Shown: one piece after another, positions 1 through 10,363 of the stretch
Numbering within the stretch: position 1 is the first letter of the stretch
Layout: the number at the start of each line of letters is the position of its first letter
Origin: an uncultured Bacteroidales bacterium
Lineage (GTDB): Bacteria; Bacteroidota; Bacteroidia; Bacteroidales; UBA1715
Assembly: GCA_964558075.1 (NCBI GenBank)
Contig: CAZLCY010000005.1
Span: forward strand, 1 to 35,517
Direction: 5' to 3'
Length of the DNA: 35,517 nucleotides
The notes under the pieces: model-generated
What the model was told of the DNA's origin: nothing
What the model saw: only the letters and a program-made list of their open reading frames with translations
Databases searched by the model: none
Made by a program: the position numbers and the translations under genes

Positions 1-33
1 AAAAGAAAAAGCATATGCATGAAATATTTTCAT
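1..33 (-). CDS. Possible N-terminus of a gene running off the window edge (MKIFHAYAFSF...)
   Basis: ATG at 33 (minus), open to position 1, signal-peptide-like start; only 11 codons visible. Confidence 0.25.
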   Translation of the reverse strand, partial: MKIFHAYAFSF

Positions 34-173
34 AATTGTATGTTTGTATAACATGTAACACCCGGTGGATGTGACATGACAAATCCAATTGAACAACCTG
101 AATGTAAATAATTTTTCTATTTCGTTTATCGAAAATTTATGCTTGACACAGGGTTTTGCTAGTGAGCCTTATT

Positions 174-291
174 AAGGGCTTGCGTGAAAAATAGTAATTT
201 TTGAAATCCCTGCATAGAAAGTTTAATTTTTCTAATGACCTATTCATAAGTCAAGAAAAACATAGTATTTGGTTTTTTCAGGCAGAGACTA
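174..291 (+). repeat. MITE-like element family A, copy 1
   Basis: Ends AAGGGCTTGCGTGAAAAA ... TTTTTTCAGGCAGAGACTA (imperfect terminal inverted repeat); similar to 2963-3118 and 15245-15368. Confidence 0.6.
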
Positions 292-396
292 TCTGTCGAG
301 TATAGATTAATCAGGTATATGAAAGGCTAATAAACTGAGTTCGACGTAATTTTTAGAGTTAAGATTGATTATCACTATTCAAAAACAAGATATTTA

Positions 397-984
397 TTAT
401 TCACTAAGCTGAACAATTTCTTGTTTTTCTGTATCTAAAACATAAATTTTATCACTTTCAGGACATGTTGCTTTGTTGTGTGCATCAAAATGAAGTGTAT
501 GTCCATACTCACTGACCCAACCAATTTGTTTGCCGGGATTTCCAACAATTAACGCATATGGTTTCACATTTTTGGTAACAACAGCTCCGGCTCCTATAAG
601 TGCATATGAACCAATTGTAATACCACACACAATAGTTGCATTTGCACCAATACTGGCACCTTTTTTTACAATTGTTTCTACATACTCTGATTTCCGCACA
701 ATAGCACTACGCGGATTCAGTATATTCGTAAACACCATTGAGGGTCCGAGAAACACGTCGTCTTCGCACACAACACCGGTGTATATAGAAACATTATTCT
801 GTACTTTCACATTGTTTCCCAACTTTACTTGTGGCGATACAACTACATTTTGTCCAATATTACACTTTTCTCCAATAGTACAGTGAGACATAATATGAGA
901 AAAATGCCAGATTTTTGAATCATTACCAATTATACAATCAGAATCAATAACAGCTGTTTCGTGTGCAAAATACGGTGTATTCAT
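397..984 (-). CDS. wbpD: Hexapeptide-repeat N-acetyltransferase, WbpD/WlbB-like (UDP-2-acetamido-3-amino-2,3-dideoxyglucuronate N-acetyltransferase type)
   Basis: [33 protein letters not shown] motifs; left-handed beta-helix repeats; adjacent to a DegT aminotransferase. Confidence 0.8.
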   Translation of the reverse strand: MNTPYFAHETAVIDSDCIIGNDSKIWHFSHIMSHCTIGEKCNIGQNVVVSPQVKLGNNVKVQNNVSIYTGVVCEDDVFLGPSMVFTNILNPRSAIVRKSEYVETIVKKGASIGANATIVCGITIGSYALIGAGAVVTKNVKPYALIVGNPGKQIGWVSEYGHTLHFDAHNKATCPESDKIYVLDTEKQEIVQLSE

Positions 985-986
985 AA

Positions 987-2105
987 TTATGCTTTATAAG
1001 ATGAGATAACCTCACAAATATACTCAATTTGTTCGTGACTTAGTTCTGTATGCATAGGCAAACTAATAACCGAACGAGATAAATGTTTCGAAACCGGACA
1101 TGCCTTCGGGTTGAATTCGAATAAGGCTTTTTGTTCATGCATCGGTACCGGATAATAAATCATAGACGGAATATCATGTTCGCGTAAATAAGATTGAAAC
1201 GCAACATTATCCCCCTCAATTGTAATGGTATATTGATGAAATACATGTGTTGAGTGTTCCTGAAAAACCGGAGTTTGAATCCATGAAATTGTTGATAATA
1301 ATTCGGTATATCGTGCAGCCGCCTTTTTTCGAGCATCATTGTACGCATCAATATATTGGAGTTTTACACGCAAAATAGCTGCTTGTATAGTATCGAGGCG
1401 AGAATTTATCCCAATTTGAGAGTGATAATATTTTTTCAAAGAACCATGATTTGCAAGAGCACGAATAGCATCTGCTTTTTCGGTGTCATGGGTAAAAACG
1501 GCACCTCCATCGCCAAAACAGCCTAAATTTTTTGAAGGAAAAAAAGACGTACACCCAATGTCTCCGATTGTACCTAATTTTTTTGTGTGCCCTTTGTATA
1601 CATAATCTGCCCCAAAACATTGAGCTGCATCTTCAATAACATATAAATTATGCTCATGAGCAATCTGCATAATCCTATTCATATCTGCTGCTTGGCCAAA
1701 TAAATGAACCGGCATAATTGCTTTTGTTCGCGGGCTAATAGCTTCAATAATTTTATCACAGTCAATCGTAAAGGTATCCGGATTCACATCAACCGGAACC
1801 GGTACCAATCCCACACGAGCAATAGCTTCTGCCGTAGCAATAAATGTAAAATCAGCTGTTATAACCTCACTTCCGGGTTCAAGTTCGAGCGACAGCAATG
1901 CAAGTGTTAAAGCATCTGTTCCATTCCCACAAGTAAGAGCATAAGAGCATCCTAAGTATTGTTGCAGTTCCTTCTGAAACTCTTTCACATCAGAACCGTT
2001 AATAAATGCAGATTGTGAAATAACTTTCGATATAGCAGCATCAACCTCTGCCTGAATGTGTTTGTATTGACCATGTAGGTCAACCATTTGAATAGCAGGT
2101 TTCAT
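987..2105 (-). CDS. DegT/DnrJ/EryC1/StrS PLP-dependent aminotransferase, WbpE-like
   Basis: [33 protein letters not shown] (PLP lysine), GINSRLD. Confidence 0.9.
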   Translation of the reverse strand: MKPAIQMVDLHGQYKHIQAEVDAAISKVISQSAFINGSDVKEFQKELQQYLGCSYALTCGNGTDALTLALLSLELEPGSEVITADFTFIATAEAIARVGLVPVPVDVNPDTFTIDCDKIIEAISPRTKAIMPVHLFGQAADMNRIMQIAHEHNLYVIEDAAQCFGADYVYKGHTKKLGTIGDIGCTSFFPSKNLGCFGDGGAVFTHDTEKADAIRALANHGSLKKYYHSQIGINSRLDTIQAAILRVKLQYIDAYNDARKKAAARYTELLSTISWIQTPVFQEHSTHVFHQYTITIEGDNVAFQSYLREHDIPSMIYYPVPMHEQKALFEFNPKACPVSKHLSRSVISLPMHTELSHEQIEYICEVISSYKA

Positions 2106-2114
2106 GTATTATAT

Positions 2115-2432
2115 TTATAATAATCCTAATTTTAATTTTCCCTCTTCACTTATCATTTCTTTGTCCCATGGCGGATCAAAGGTAAGGTCAACAAACACAT
2201 TTTCAATGCCTTCAATCAACATTAATCTATTTTGAATTTGATAAATAATCACATCAGTCATCGGGCAATTAGGTGATGTTAAGGTCATTAGAATAGAAAC
2301 TTCAGGTAATTTGTCGAGTTTTATTTCATATATTAATCCTAAGTCATAAATATTTACCGGAATTTCCGGGTCGTATATTGATGTTAAGGTGGTAATAATT
2401 TCTTCTTCGAGTTGTTTTATTTCAGCAGTCAT
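2115..2432 (-). CDS. sufT: SUF-associated Fe-S assembly protein (DUF59/SufT, MIP18 family)
   Basis: IYDPEIPVNIYDLGLIY, MTLTSPNCP, LTFDPPW; start moved to ATG 2432, directly after the sufE stop. Confidence 0.85.
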   Translation of the reverse strand: MTAEIKQLEEEIITTLTSIYDPEIPVNIYDLGLIYEIKLDKLPEVSILMTLTSPNCPMTDVIIYQIQNRLMLIEGIENVFVDLTFDPPWDKEMISEEGKLKLGLL

Positions 2433-2433
2433 A

Positions 2434-2856
2434 TCATTTGTTTTTATGATTATATGCAATTGCATACAGTTTCATTTGCTTTATCATTGCCACCAAGCCG
2501 TTTGACCGAGTTGGTGAAAGATTTTCTTTTAATCCTATTTGTTCTATAAAATACAAATCAGCATTCATAATATCTTCAGGCTTTTGCTCTGAAAGCACCC
2601 GTATGAGTAGTGCAACAATTCCTTTTGTTATAACTGCATCACTATCGGCAGTATACACAATAAGATTGTTGTGTAACTCCGCAGCCAACCACACCCGCGA
2701 TTGACACCCTTTTATAAGATATTTCTCCGTTTTAAACGCATCATCAATAATGGGTAAATTATTACTTAAATCTATAAGGTACTGATACTTATCAAGCCAA
2801 TCGTCAAAAATTGAAAATTCCTCAATTATTGTATCCTGAATTTCGTTTATTGTCAT
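2434..2856 (-). CDS. sufE: SufE family cysteine desulfuration protein
   Basis: IKGCQSRVW catalytic motif, ADSDAVITKG, LSPTRSNGL. Confidence 0.92.
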   Translation of the reverse strand: MTINEIQDTIIEEFSIFDDWLDKYQYLIDLSNNLPIIDDAFKTEKYLIKGCQSRVWLAAELHNNLIVYTADSDAVITKGIVALLIRVLSEQKPEDIMNADLYFIEQIGLKENLSPTRSNGLVAMIKQMKLYAIAYNHKNK

Positions 2857-2874
2857 ATGTTAATTTTTTTTGAA

Positions 2875-2882
2875 CAAAGGTA
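2875..2882 (-). promoter_or_regulatory. Bacteroidota sigma-A -7 box (TACCTTTG) for sufE-sufT-wbpE-wbpD
   Basis: Matches TAnnTTTG, 18 nt upstream of the sufE ATG. Confidence 0.6.
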
Positions 2883-2962
2883 AAAATTTATATTAGGTAA
2901 CATACCCAATAGTTCATACTATTTTGTCAAAAAAATATACAAAACATTACAAAAAACATTCT

Positions 2963-3118
2963 TAGTCTCTGCCCAAAAACTCCATATACTACGAATCTCT
3001 CGACTTATTAATTGACCACTTACACAAGTAACCTTTCCATTAATAAGTCTTCGAAAGCCTTGTTTTTAAATTTTCCATGAAGAAACTCCTAAAATCAAAA
3101 CTTTTTTCGCAAGCACTT
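2963..3118 (-). repeat. MITE-like element family A, copy 2
   Basis: Minus strand reads AAGTGCTTGCGAAAAAAG-TTTTGATTTT...CATGGAAAA...TTTTTGGGCAGAGACTA; begins 4 nt after the folB stop. Confidence 0.65.
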
Positions 3119-3122
3119 CTTA

Positions 3123-3482
3123 TTATGCTTTTTGCGTCAGCTGTACACTCACGGATTTCATTTTTCCACCTATTGGCGGTGCAAGTTTTGCAACCTTTAT
3201 TGTTGCAGATATAAGTTGAGTAGAAAAATGTGCAAATAACTCATCTAATATTCTTTTGCATACGTGTTCTAAAAGTGCGGATGGAATCGCCATTTCGTGT
3301 TTAATAATTTCGTATGCGGTTTGATAGTTAAGTGCGTCAGCTATTGCATCTGATTTTACCGCATCTGAACAATCTGCTTCCAATCGAGCATTAACGGTAA
3401 AATAGTTTCCAACAAGCTGTTCCGATTCAAAACAACCATGATAGGCAAAAAACTCCATATCTTCAATTTCAATTATTCCCAT
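3123..3482 (-). CDS. folB: Dihydroneopterin aldolase
   Basis: FFAYHGCFESEQ, ALNY, LLEHV, KLAPPIGG motifs. Confidence 0.93.
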   Translation of the reverse strand: MGIIEIEDMEFFAYHGCFESEQLVGNYFTVNARLEADCSDAVKSDAIADALNYQTAYEIIKHEMAIPSALLEHVCKRILDELFAHFSTQLISATIKVAKLAPPIGGKMKSVSVQLTQKA

Positions 3483-3569
3483 AAATTTAATTTTTGCGAA
3501 AAATAATTTTTTTTTGTCAAAAAACAGGTAAATAGATTAATGAACTGTAAAATAAATACAAGATAATGT

Positions 3570-3577
3570 TATTTTTG
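3570..3577 (+). promoter_or_regulatory. -7 box (TATTTTTG) for glnS
   Basis: TAnnTTTG 19 nt upstream of the ATG. Confidence 0.55.
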
Positions 3578-3596
3578 CATAAAATATAGAAAAGTT

Positions 3597-5288
3597 ATGG
3601 CTGAAAATTCAACAGAACACAAAAAATCTCTTCACTTTATAGAACAACTTATTGAAGAAGATTTACAAACATATCCGCATATTATAACACGTTTTCCACC
3701 GGAACCAAACGGGTATTTGCATATTGGTCATGCAAAATCAATTTGTCTGAATTTTGGTATGGCGGCACAATATGGCGGCTATTGTAATTTACGATTCGAT
3801 GACACCAATCCTATTCGCGAAACAATAGAATATGTGGAAGCAATCAAAAAAGATGTTGAGTGGCTTGGGTTTGAATGGGAAAATGAATTGTATGCCTCTG
3901 AATATTTTGAGCAACTATATGAATGGGCAGTTTTGCTAATTACAAAAGGCAAAGCATATGTGTGTAACATGTCGGTTGATGAAATTGCAGAAAGCAGAGG
4001 TACGCCAACTATTCCCGGAAAAGAAAGCCCGTATAGAAATCGTTCTGTTGAAGAAAATCTCGATTTATTTGCTCGTATGCGTCAAGGTGAATTTGCAGAT
4101 GGCGAATGTATGTTACGTGCAAAAATTGATATGACTTCTCCCAATATGCATATGCGTGATCCTATTATGTACAGAATTCGTCATGCTCATCATCACCGTA
4201 CCGGCGACAAATGGTGCATTTATCCAATGTATGATTTTGCACATGGAGAATCAGATTTTATAGAAGGTATAACTCATTCATTTTGCACATTAGAATTTGA
4301 AGTTCACCGACCACTGTACGAATGGTTTTTAGAGCACATAGCAGAGCCGGGGCAACGAGTACCGAAACAGCGAGAATTTGCTCGTCTCAATTTGAATTAC
4401 ACCGTAATGAGCAAACGAAAACTGTTACAATTAGTAGAAGAAAAACATGTTCAATCTTGGGATGACCCACGCATGCCTACTATTTCCGGCCTACGTCGTC
4501 GCGGTTATACGCCCGAATCTATTCGTAATTTTTCTGCGAAAGTTGGGGTTTCAAAACGCGAAAATGTAATTGATGTTGCATTACTCGAACATTGCGTACG
4601 AGAAGATCTTAATGCTTCGAGTCCGCGAATTATGGCAGTGCTCAATCCTTTAAAAGTGGTATTAACAAATTATCCTGAAAATGAATCAGAATTAGTGTAC
4701 GGCATTTCAAATCCGGAAGATGAACATTCAGAAAAACGTGCAATTCCTTTTTCACGTGAATTATATATTGAGCAATCTGATTTCATGGAAGATGCACCGA
4801 AAAGGTTTTTCCGTCTGGCTCCCGGTCGCGAAGTACGACTGAAATATGGGTATATTATAAAGTGCGAAGATGTTATAAAAGACGATGCGGGAAATATTAT
4901 TGAGCTCCATTGCACATACGACCCAAAATCGAAAAGTGGAAGCGGTACCGAAGAGTCAAAACGAAAAGTAAAAGGAACTATTCACTGGGTATCGATAGCT
5001 GATGCTATTGAAACCGAAGTAAGATTATACGACCGATTGTTTTCTGTGGAAAATCCATTGAATGCTGAAGATGGAAAAGATTTTCTTGAGTATATAAATC
5101 CGGATTCTTTGCAAATTACCCGTGCTTTGGTAGAACCATCAATTAAAGGAGTAGATGTTGGATACAAATGTCAGTTCGAACGAACAGGTTATTTTTGTGT
5201 AGACCCGGATTCCACTAATGATAAGATCGTATTTAACCGAACAGTCAGTTTACGAGACACTTGGGCAAAACAATCGCAGAAAAAATAA
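3597..5288 (+). CDS. glnS: Glutamine--tRNA ligase
   Basis: [17 protein letters not shown] (HIGH), [22 protein letters not shown]. Confidence 0.97.
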   Translation: MAENSTEHKKSLHFIEQLIEEDLQTYPHIITRFPPEPNGYLHIGHAKSICLNFGMAAQYGGYCNLRFDDTNPIRETIEYVEAIKKDVEWLGFEWENELYASEYFEQLYEWAVLLITKGKAYVCNMSVDEIAESRGTPTIPGKESPYRNRSVEENLDLFARMRQGEFADGECMLRAKIDMTSPNMHMRDPIMYRIRHAHHHRTGDKWCIYPMYDFAHGESDFIEGITHSFCTLEFEVHRPLYEWFLEHIAEPGQRVPKQREFARLNLNYTVMSKRKLLQLVEEKHVQSWDDPRMPTISGLRRRGYTPESIRNFSAKVGVSKRENVIDVALLEHCVREDLNASSPRIMAVLNPLKVVLTNYPENESELVYGISNPEDEHSEKRAIPFSRELYIEQSDFMEDAPKRFFRLAPGREVRLKYGYIIKCEDVIKDDAGNIIELHCTYDPKSKSGSGTEESKRKVKGTIHWVSIADAIETEVRLYDRLFSVENPLNAEDGKDFLEYINPDSLQITRALVEPSIKGVDVGYKCQFERTGYFCVDPDSTNDKIVFNRTVSLRDTWAKQSQKK

Positions 5289-5289
5289 T

Positions 5290-5625
5290 TTAACGGTAGG
5301 GAATAAACGAATCGGAACCTTCTACTCGTTCATATTCCGAGCCGATTTTATGTTTGAGATACGGAATAATTGCCGCATCAATATTGGCAATATAATTAAC
5401 CTCAAACATCATAATATTCATATTTTTTTCTAAATATTCATCTGTTTCGTCGCCGGCTAAAAAACGCCAGCCGCTATCTTCGGGAGTTTCACGTTGCTCA
5501 CGGTACATAAACCCTACTTTGCATCCGTCAACCGTTATACGGTCAGAAGCAATGCAATATCCCATAGGCGAAACTAATTCTTGAATTTTATCTGTTTGGA
5601 GTATATATCTTCCGGCATCTTTCAT
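5290..5625 (-). CDS. DUF2185 domain protein
   Basis: CIASDRITVDG.KVGFMYRE...DSGWRFLAGDETDEY...NYIANIDAAIIPYL signature; ATG 5625 preferred because a TATTTTTG box lies at 5638-5645. Confidence 0.75.
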   Translation of the reverse strand: MKDAGRYILQTDKIQELVSPMGYCIASDRITVDGCKVGFMYREQRETPEDSGWRFLAGDETDEYLEKNMNIMMFEVNYIANIDAAIIPYLKHKIGSEYERVEGSDSFIPYR

Positions 5626-6032
5626 ATCTTTTTTGTTCAAAAATACAGAATTTGAGTTAACAAACATATAATTGAGTCCTGAATTCACTATATTTTTTCT
5701 AATTCCACCAATAACAAATTGTATTAACTGTCTAATATCCATCAGTTTTAAGTATGTTGCCTTTTTAAGGCGAAAAAAATGTGGTGGTGTCATTCTTTAT
5801 CAAGGCATTGCCATTGGGCTGAATTGGCATAGGTCTGCTAAAGCGAGATACAACTTTCAGCTTAATAAGACACAAGGTATATCTATCTCATATCTCGCCA
5901 CACCAACAATCAATAACCTAAAACCAACAACCTTTCATTAAGGCATAAGGCAAAAAAAGTGCAATCTAATATCTACAACAAAACGCTGTCAGGTTTTTGT
6001 GCACCGACAGTTCATTCAGCATTCATTCGAAG

Positions 6033-6203
6033 CACGTCATCTTGAATGAACGTGTCCGTTTACTAACGGAGCGAAGCGGAATGAAAGATCTCGTGCACCT
6101 GTACTGTCAGTTATTTAGTCTTGTGTTTCAATAGTAGAGATTAACTTCGTTGAGCTCCACTGCGTTCCGGTTGCCACGCTACACTGTTTCGCACAATAAC
6201 GTG
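6033..6203. repeat. Degenerate REP/RPE-like palindromic element
   Basis: Ends CACGTCATCTTG / CACAATAACGTG form an imperfect inverted repeat; internal GAAAGATCTC...GAGATT arms and TCCGTT-TACT-AACGGA hairpin; GC-richer than the flanks. Confidence 0.5.
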
Positions 6204-6223
6204 GGAAATGTATCGGCGATTCA

Positions 6224-7444
6224 TTAAGCATTAAATTTTAAAAACTCATTTACAGAAACTACATTTATACGTTTGTTTTTATGTATAATTACATCTTGTT
6301 GGTTGTAGGTAACAATGGTTCCTGTTTGAAAATTAAAAAAATCCATTGCTTCAAGCAATCCATTTTGTTCTCGTAGCATATTGTCGGGGTGTAATGTGTA
6401 GCAAACTTGAATCAATTGTTCAACTGAATTCTTAGTGCATACGACAAAATCGCATTCTTTACCTTTTTCGTTAAAATAAAACAATTCTTTTTTGTGCCGG
6501 CGTAATTCCCAAAAAACTATATTTTCAAGTTTATGCCCATCATCTTTATTAAACGATGTGGATATAATACTAAGTAAACCATTGTCAATAAAATAAATTT
6601 TTCGCGGATTAACTATTTGAACTTTATGCGAATATGAAAATTTTGGCATTAATTGCACAACGTACGATTGCTCAAAATAATTAAAATATTCCATTACCGT
6701 AGCAGTGCTTTTTATGCCTAAAATCCGAGTTAGCTTATTGGCTGACACTAAATTACCAACATTTGCTGCCAAATAACTTATTACTCGTTGGAGAGATTTT
6801 ACATCTTTAATATTGTGACGTACCGCAATATCTCTGTACAAAATATCATCAAGTAAGGCAGTCAAAATATCCGGATTTTTAGTTTTTACATATTCAGGAA
6901 ATCCCCCACTATTTGAATATTCAGAAAATGATTCTACGGTATTCTGTATTGACTTAAATTCACAAAATTCTGTAAACGAAAATGGAAACAATTCTTTTGT
7001 TATGTGTCTGCCTGTTAGTTTTGTGCCTAATTCTTTGCTTAAAAGTGATGCATTTGAACCGGTTACTATTACTCTGAATCCTTCATCTAATTTTTGTCTC
7101 ACGTACATTTCCCAGCCTTGTATTATTTGAATTTCATCAAAAAAAAGAACTGGTGAATGGTGTTCGTCAATAAGAGAATCAACTAGCTGAAAATCATGTA
7201 TATCAAAATTGTACAGTTTGGGCGTGTCAAAATTGAGGAAAAAAAATTGTTCGGACTGTTTATCTATTAATTGATGCAACAAGGTACTTTTTCCACACCG
7301 CCGTATACCTGATATAATTAATGCATGATTTTCAAGAGTATCCGGTAATTGTGGTAATAAACTTCGTATATACCCACTCGATGTTTCTTGCAAACGTTCT
7401 CTTTGTTGACCTATAACTTCGGTTAATACAGATTGTTTTATCAT
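6224..7444 (-). CDS. AAA+ ATPase, AAA_14 + DUF4143 family
   Basis: Walker A GIRRCGKST, Walker B FFDEIQ, VTGSNASLL, LTGR, GGFPE, KIYFIDNGL, ECDFV nuclease-like tail. Confidence 0.88.
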   Translation of the reverse strand: MIKQSVLTEVIGQQRERLQETSSGYIRSLLPQLPDTLENHALIISGIRRCGKSTLLHQLIDKQSEQFFFLNFDTPKLYNFDIHDFQLVDSLIDEHHSPVLFFDEIQIIQGWEMYVRQKLDEGFRVIVTGSNASLLSKELGTKLTGRHITKELFPFSFTEFCEFKSIQNTVESFSEYSNSGGFPEYVKTKNPDILTALLDDILYRDIAVRHNIKDVKSLQRVISYLAANVGNLVSANKLTRILGIKSTATVMEYFNYFEQSYVVQLMPKFSYSHKVQIVNPRKIYFIDNGLLSIISTSFNKDDGHKLENIVFWELRRHKKELFYFNEKGKECDFVVCTKNSVEQLIQVCYTLHPDNMLREQNGLLEAMDFFNFQTGTIVTYNQQDVIIHKNKRINVVSVNEFLKFNA

Positions 7445-7741
7445 TTTTGTATGTTTTTAGTATAACAAATATATAGTATTTATTTCGGATAAACAATAGT
7501 GTTCATTGTTAATGAATGGTTTTTTTGGATTAATTATCATTCTGCATTATTTCCCTACGGTCAATGAACTCGAAATTGCTCAGTTCATCATTATTAAACA
7601 CCTAAAACCATAAAAAATAACATCTAATAACATTCTGTTAACTCATCTCAAACAAAAAAAAAAATCCGAACAAAATAATTTTCGGCGAACACAATTATAA
7701 AAAAACTAAACATCTCTTCTTGTAAATACCAATAATTAGAT

Positions 7742-7749
7742 TATTTTTG
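7742..7749 (+). promoter_or_regulatory. -7 box (TATTTTTG) for tRNA-Arg
   Basis: TAnnTTTG 10 nt upstream of the tRNA 5' end. Confidence 0.6.
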
Positions 7750-7759
7750 CATCATAAAT

Positions 7760-7833
7760 GGCTCCGTAGTTCAACTGAATAGAATATCAGATTTCGGCTC
7801 TGAGGGTTACAGGTTTGAATCCTGTCGGAGTCA
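7760..7833 (+). tRNA. tRNA-Arg, anticodon TCG; CCA not encoded
   Basis: Acceptor GGCTCCG/CGGAGTC, anticodon arm TCAGA-TTTCGGC-TCTGA, T arm ACAGG-TTTGAAT-CCTGT. Confidence 0.93.
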
Positions 7834-7992
7834 CAAAAACAGAGTAAGAGTAAAGATATATATCATAAGCTCTTCTCTGTTTTTTTGTTTTATTCCAGTA
7901 TAAAAAAAGCATAAATTGTGTCGTAATCCTTCAGGATTTGTTAACTTGCTTTTGATTCGAGATTTATTAATTTTGATAAAAAAAATACGATT

Positions 7993-9123
7993 GTGGATAT
8001 AGCGATAAATACAAGATTTCTTATAAAAGATAAGCTCGAAGGTATAGGGAGATTTACCTTCGAAACAATTAAACGCATGTGCGAAAATCACCCGGAACAC
8101 ACATTTTACCTGTTATTCGACAGAATGTATGACAATGAATATATATTTGCCAAAAATGTAAAACCGGTAATTGTGCCTTTTCAGGCTCGTCACCCCTTAT
8201 TGTGGAAGTTTTGGTTTCATGCTCAATTACCGCGAGTGATAAAGAAGATTAACCCCGATATTTTCATTTCGACAGACGGATACGTACCAAGCGGCATTTC
8301 TGCACCGATAGTGAATGTTATTCACGATTTGAATTTCGAACACAATCCGCATCACGTTCCTGGCGGGGTTTTGCGGTATTATAAAAAATATTTCCCCTTA
8401 TACGCTGCTGCGTCTACGCGAATTGTAACTGTTTCTCAATTTTCGAAGCAAGATATTGCGTCAAAATATAATATACCGACAGAAATTATTGATGTTGTTT
8501 ACAATGGCATAAGCGATGGGTTTTCGCCACTTAACGAGGAACAAAAAAAGTCAATAAAGCAGAGTTATGCCGAAGGACACGAATACTTTATGTATATTGG
8601 ATCCTTGCATCCACGGAAAAATATTGCCCGCTTACTGGAAGCATTTGAAAAATTCAAACAAGATACCGGTTCTTCACATAAATTACTCATTGTTGGTGAA
8701 GAAATGTTTTACTCCAAAGCAATACAAAAAGCTTATACAAACAACACCTATAAACATGATGTGATTTTCACTGGACGTGTTTCTGATACCGAATTAGCAC
8801 TCTTATTAGGATCGGCATGTGCACTCACATATGTGCCTTTGTTCGAGGGGTTTGGTATTCCTATTTTAGAAGCATTTGCCTGTGATGTTCCGGTTATTAC
8901 CTCCAATTGCACATCTATGCCCGAAGTTGCCGGAGAAGCTGCATTATTGTGCGACCCGCGAGATATTGCCGATATTTCCCGTGCAATGAAGCGTATTACT
9001 GAAGATGATGCTTTACGTACCGAATTGGTTAATCAAGCACGCATTCAACGAGATAAATTTTCGTGGGATAAAACAGCCGATTTGTTATGGCAGTCGGTTA
9101 TAAAAAGTTATGAGAAAAATTAG
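7993..9123 (+). CDS. Glycosyltransferase family 4 (group 1)
   Basis: IHDL, TVSQFSK, GSLHPRKN, FEGFGIPILEAFAC, SMPEVAG; GTG start. Confidence 0.92.
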   Translation: MDIAINTRFLIKDKLEGIGRFTFETIKRMCENHPEHTFYLLFDRMYDNEYIFAKNVKPVIVPFQARHPLLWKFWFHAQLPRVIKKINPDIFISTDGYVPSGISAPIVNVIHDLNFEHNPHHVPGGVLRYYKKYFPLYAAASTRIVTVSQFSKQDIASKYNIPTEIIDVVYNGISDGFSPLNEEQKKSIKQSYAEGHEYFMYIGSLHPRKNIARLLEAFEKFKQDTGSSHKLLIVGEEMFYSKAIQKAYTNNTYKHDVIFTGRVSDTELALLLGSACALTYVPLFEGFGIPILEAFACDVPVITSNCTSMPEVAGEAALLCDPRDIADISRAMKRITEDDALRTELVNQARIQRDKFSWDKTADLLWQSVIKSYEKN

Positions 9124-10282
9124 AGCCCATTATATTTTTGATGGTTTTCGACTTCGAAAAAACACACAACTTGTTGTTTCTGATGATGGCATAGTTCAAG
9201 ATATATATTCTCTTTCCGAACCAATTGAGGAAGAAGCCGGGGTTGAATTTTACGACGGTATACTTTGTCCCGGATTTATAAATTCACATTGTCATCTGGA
9301 ACTATCACATCTACATGGTCATATTCCGCAAAAAAGCGGATTGCCCGAATTCGTATCCTCAGTTGCTCGCTTAAAAAAAGAAACACCTTTTTCCGAAATT
9401 GCCTGCAAACAGACAGATGAATTAATGTGGAATAATGGTATAGTTGCAGTTGGCGATATTTCAAATTTTTCGGACACATTTGAACTCAAAAAACACAGCT
9501 CTATACAATATCATACATTCATTGAATTGTTTGATTTACATGAAGACTCACGCTCCGAATATGAACGAGGAAAGAAATTGTTTAAATTATACCAGGAACG
9601 AAAACACGTCTCGCTCTCTCCCCATGCCCCCTATTCATGTTCACGAAAATTATGTGCAAAAATAGAAGCACATGCCAAAGATTATGAATATTCGGTAACA
9701 ATACATAATCAAGAACATGAATCGGAAAACGAAATGTTTGCAGAGCATAGAGGTCACTTATTTGACATTTTTCAAAAGAAACAAGCTCATCCAATTTTAC
9801 ACACAAAATATCCCTCTTCACTTCGCTTTTCTGCCAGTGCTTTTGAACAAGTCCGCCACATACTATTTGTGCATAATGTGTATATGTCCGAACAGGATAT
9901 TCGTTTTTTGATTGAAGAACGAGGCATCAAAAATTTCACCTGTGTAATATGTCCGTGCAGCAATTTATATATACACAACGACCTGCCGCCACTCCCGTTG
10001 TTTATGAAATATTCGGTGCCATGGGCAATTGGAACCGATAGTTTAGCATCAAATACCGATATTTCTATGATACAAGAAATGTTGTCGCTTCAACAAGCAT
10101 TCCCCGAACTTTCGCTCGAACAATTACTACATGCGGCAACATACAGAGGAGCGTATGCCTTGAATTTACAAAACCGATTCGGACAATTTGCAAAAGGAAA
10201 AAAGCCGGGAGTTATGTTACTCGAACACGTTGATTTACAAAAAATGCAATTCACACCGGAAACAAAGGTTCGTATGCTGTAA
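9110..10282 (+). CDS. Metal-dependent amidohydrolase (deaminase-like)
   Basis: PGFINSHCHLE, PHAPYS, HNQE, LFVH, GTDSLASN metal ligands; overlaps the GT4 stop. Confidence 0.85.
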   Translation: MRKIRAHYIFDGFRLRKNTQLVVSDDGIVQDIYSLSEPIEEEAGVEFYDGILCPGFINSHCHLELSHLHGHIPQKSGLPEFVSSVARLKKETPFSEIACKQTDELMWNNGIVAVGDISNFSDTFELKKHSSIQYHTFIELFDLHEDSRSEYERGKKLFKLYQERKHVSLSPHAPYSCSRKLCAKIEAHAKDYEYSVTIHNQEHESENEMFAEHRGHLFDIFQKKQAHPILHTKYPSSLRFSASAFEQVRHILFVHNVYMSEQDIRFLIEERGIKNFTCVICPCSNLYIHNDLPPLPLFMKYSVPWAIGTDSLASNTDISMIQEMLSLQQAFPELSLEQLLHAATYRGAYALNLQNRFGQFAKGKKPGVMLLEHVDLQKMQFTPETKVRML

Positions 10283-10363
10283 TATTGAATAGAAACACAC
10301 ACAGAATCTCTTTTATACCACCAAACCCTGCATATTTATTTAAGACGGCTGTGTCTTCGGCTG

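Noticed and set aside
5912-7612. ACCTAAAACCA matches near 5917 and 7600 as extra copies of repeat B
   Set aside because: Short AT-rich matches without the ATTGAGTTCAACC core or the G-rich half
5290-7833. Island integrated at tRNA-Arg
   Set aside because: The accessory genes lie 5' of the tRNA, and I found no duplicated tRNA end or integrase
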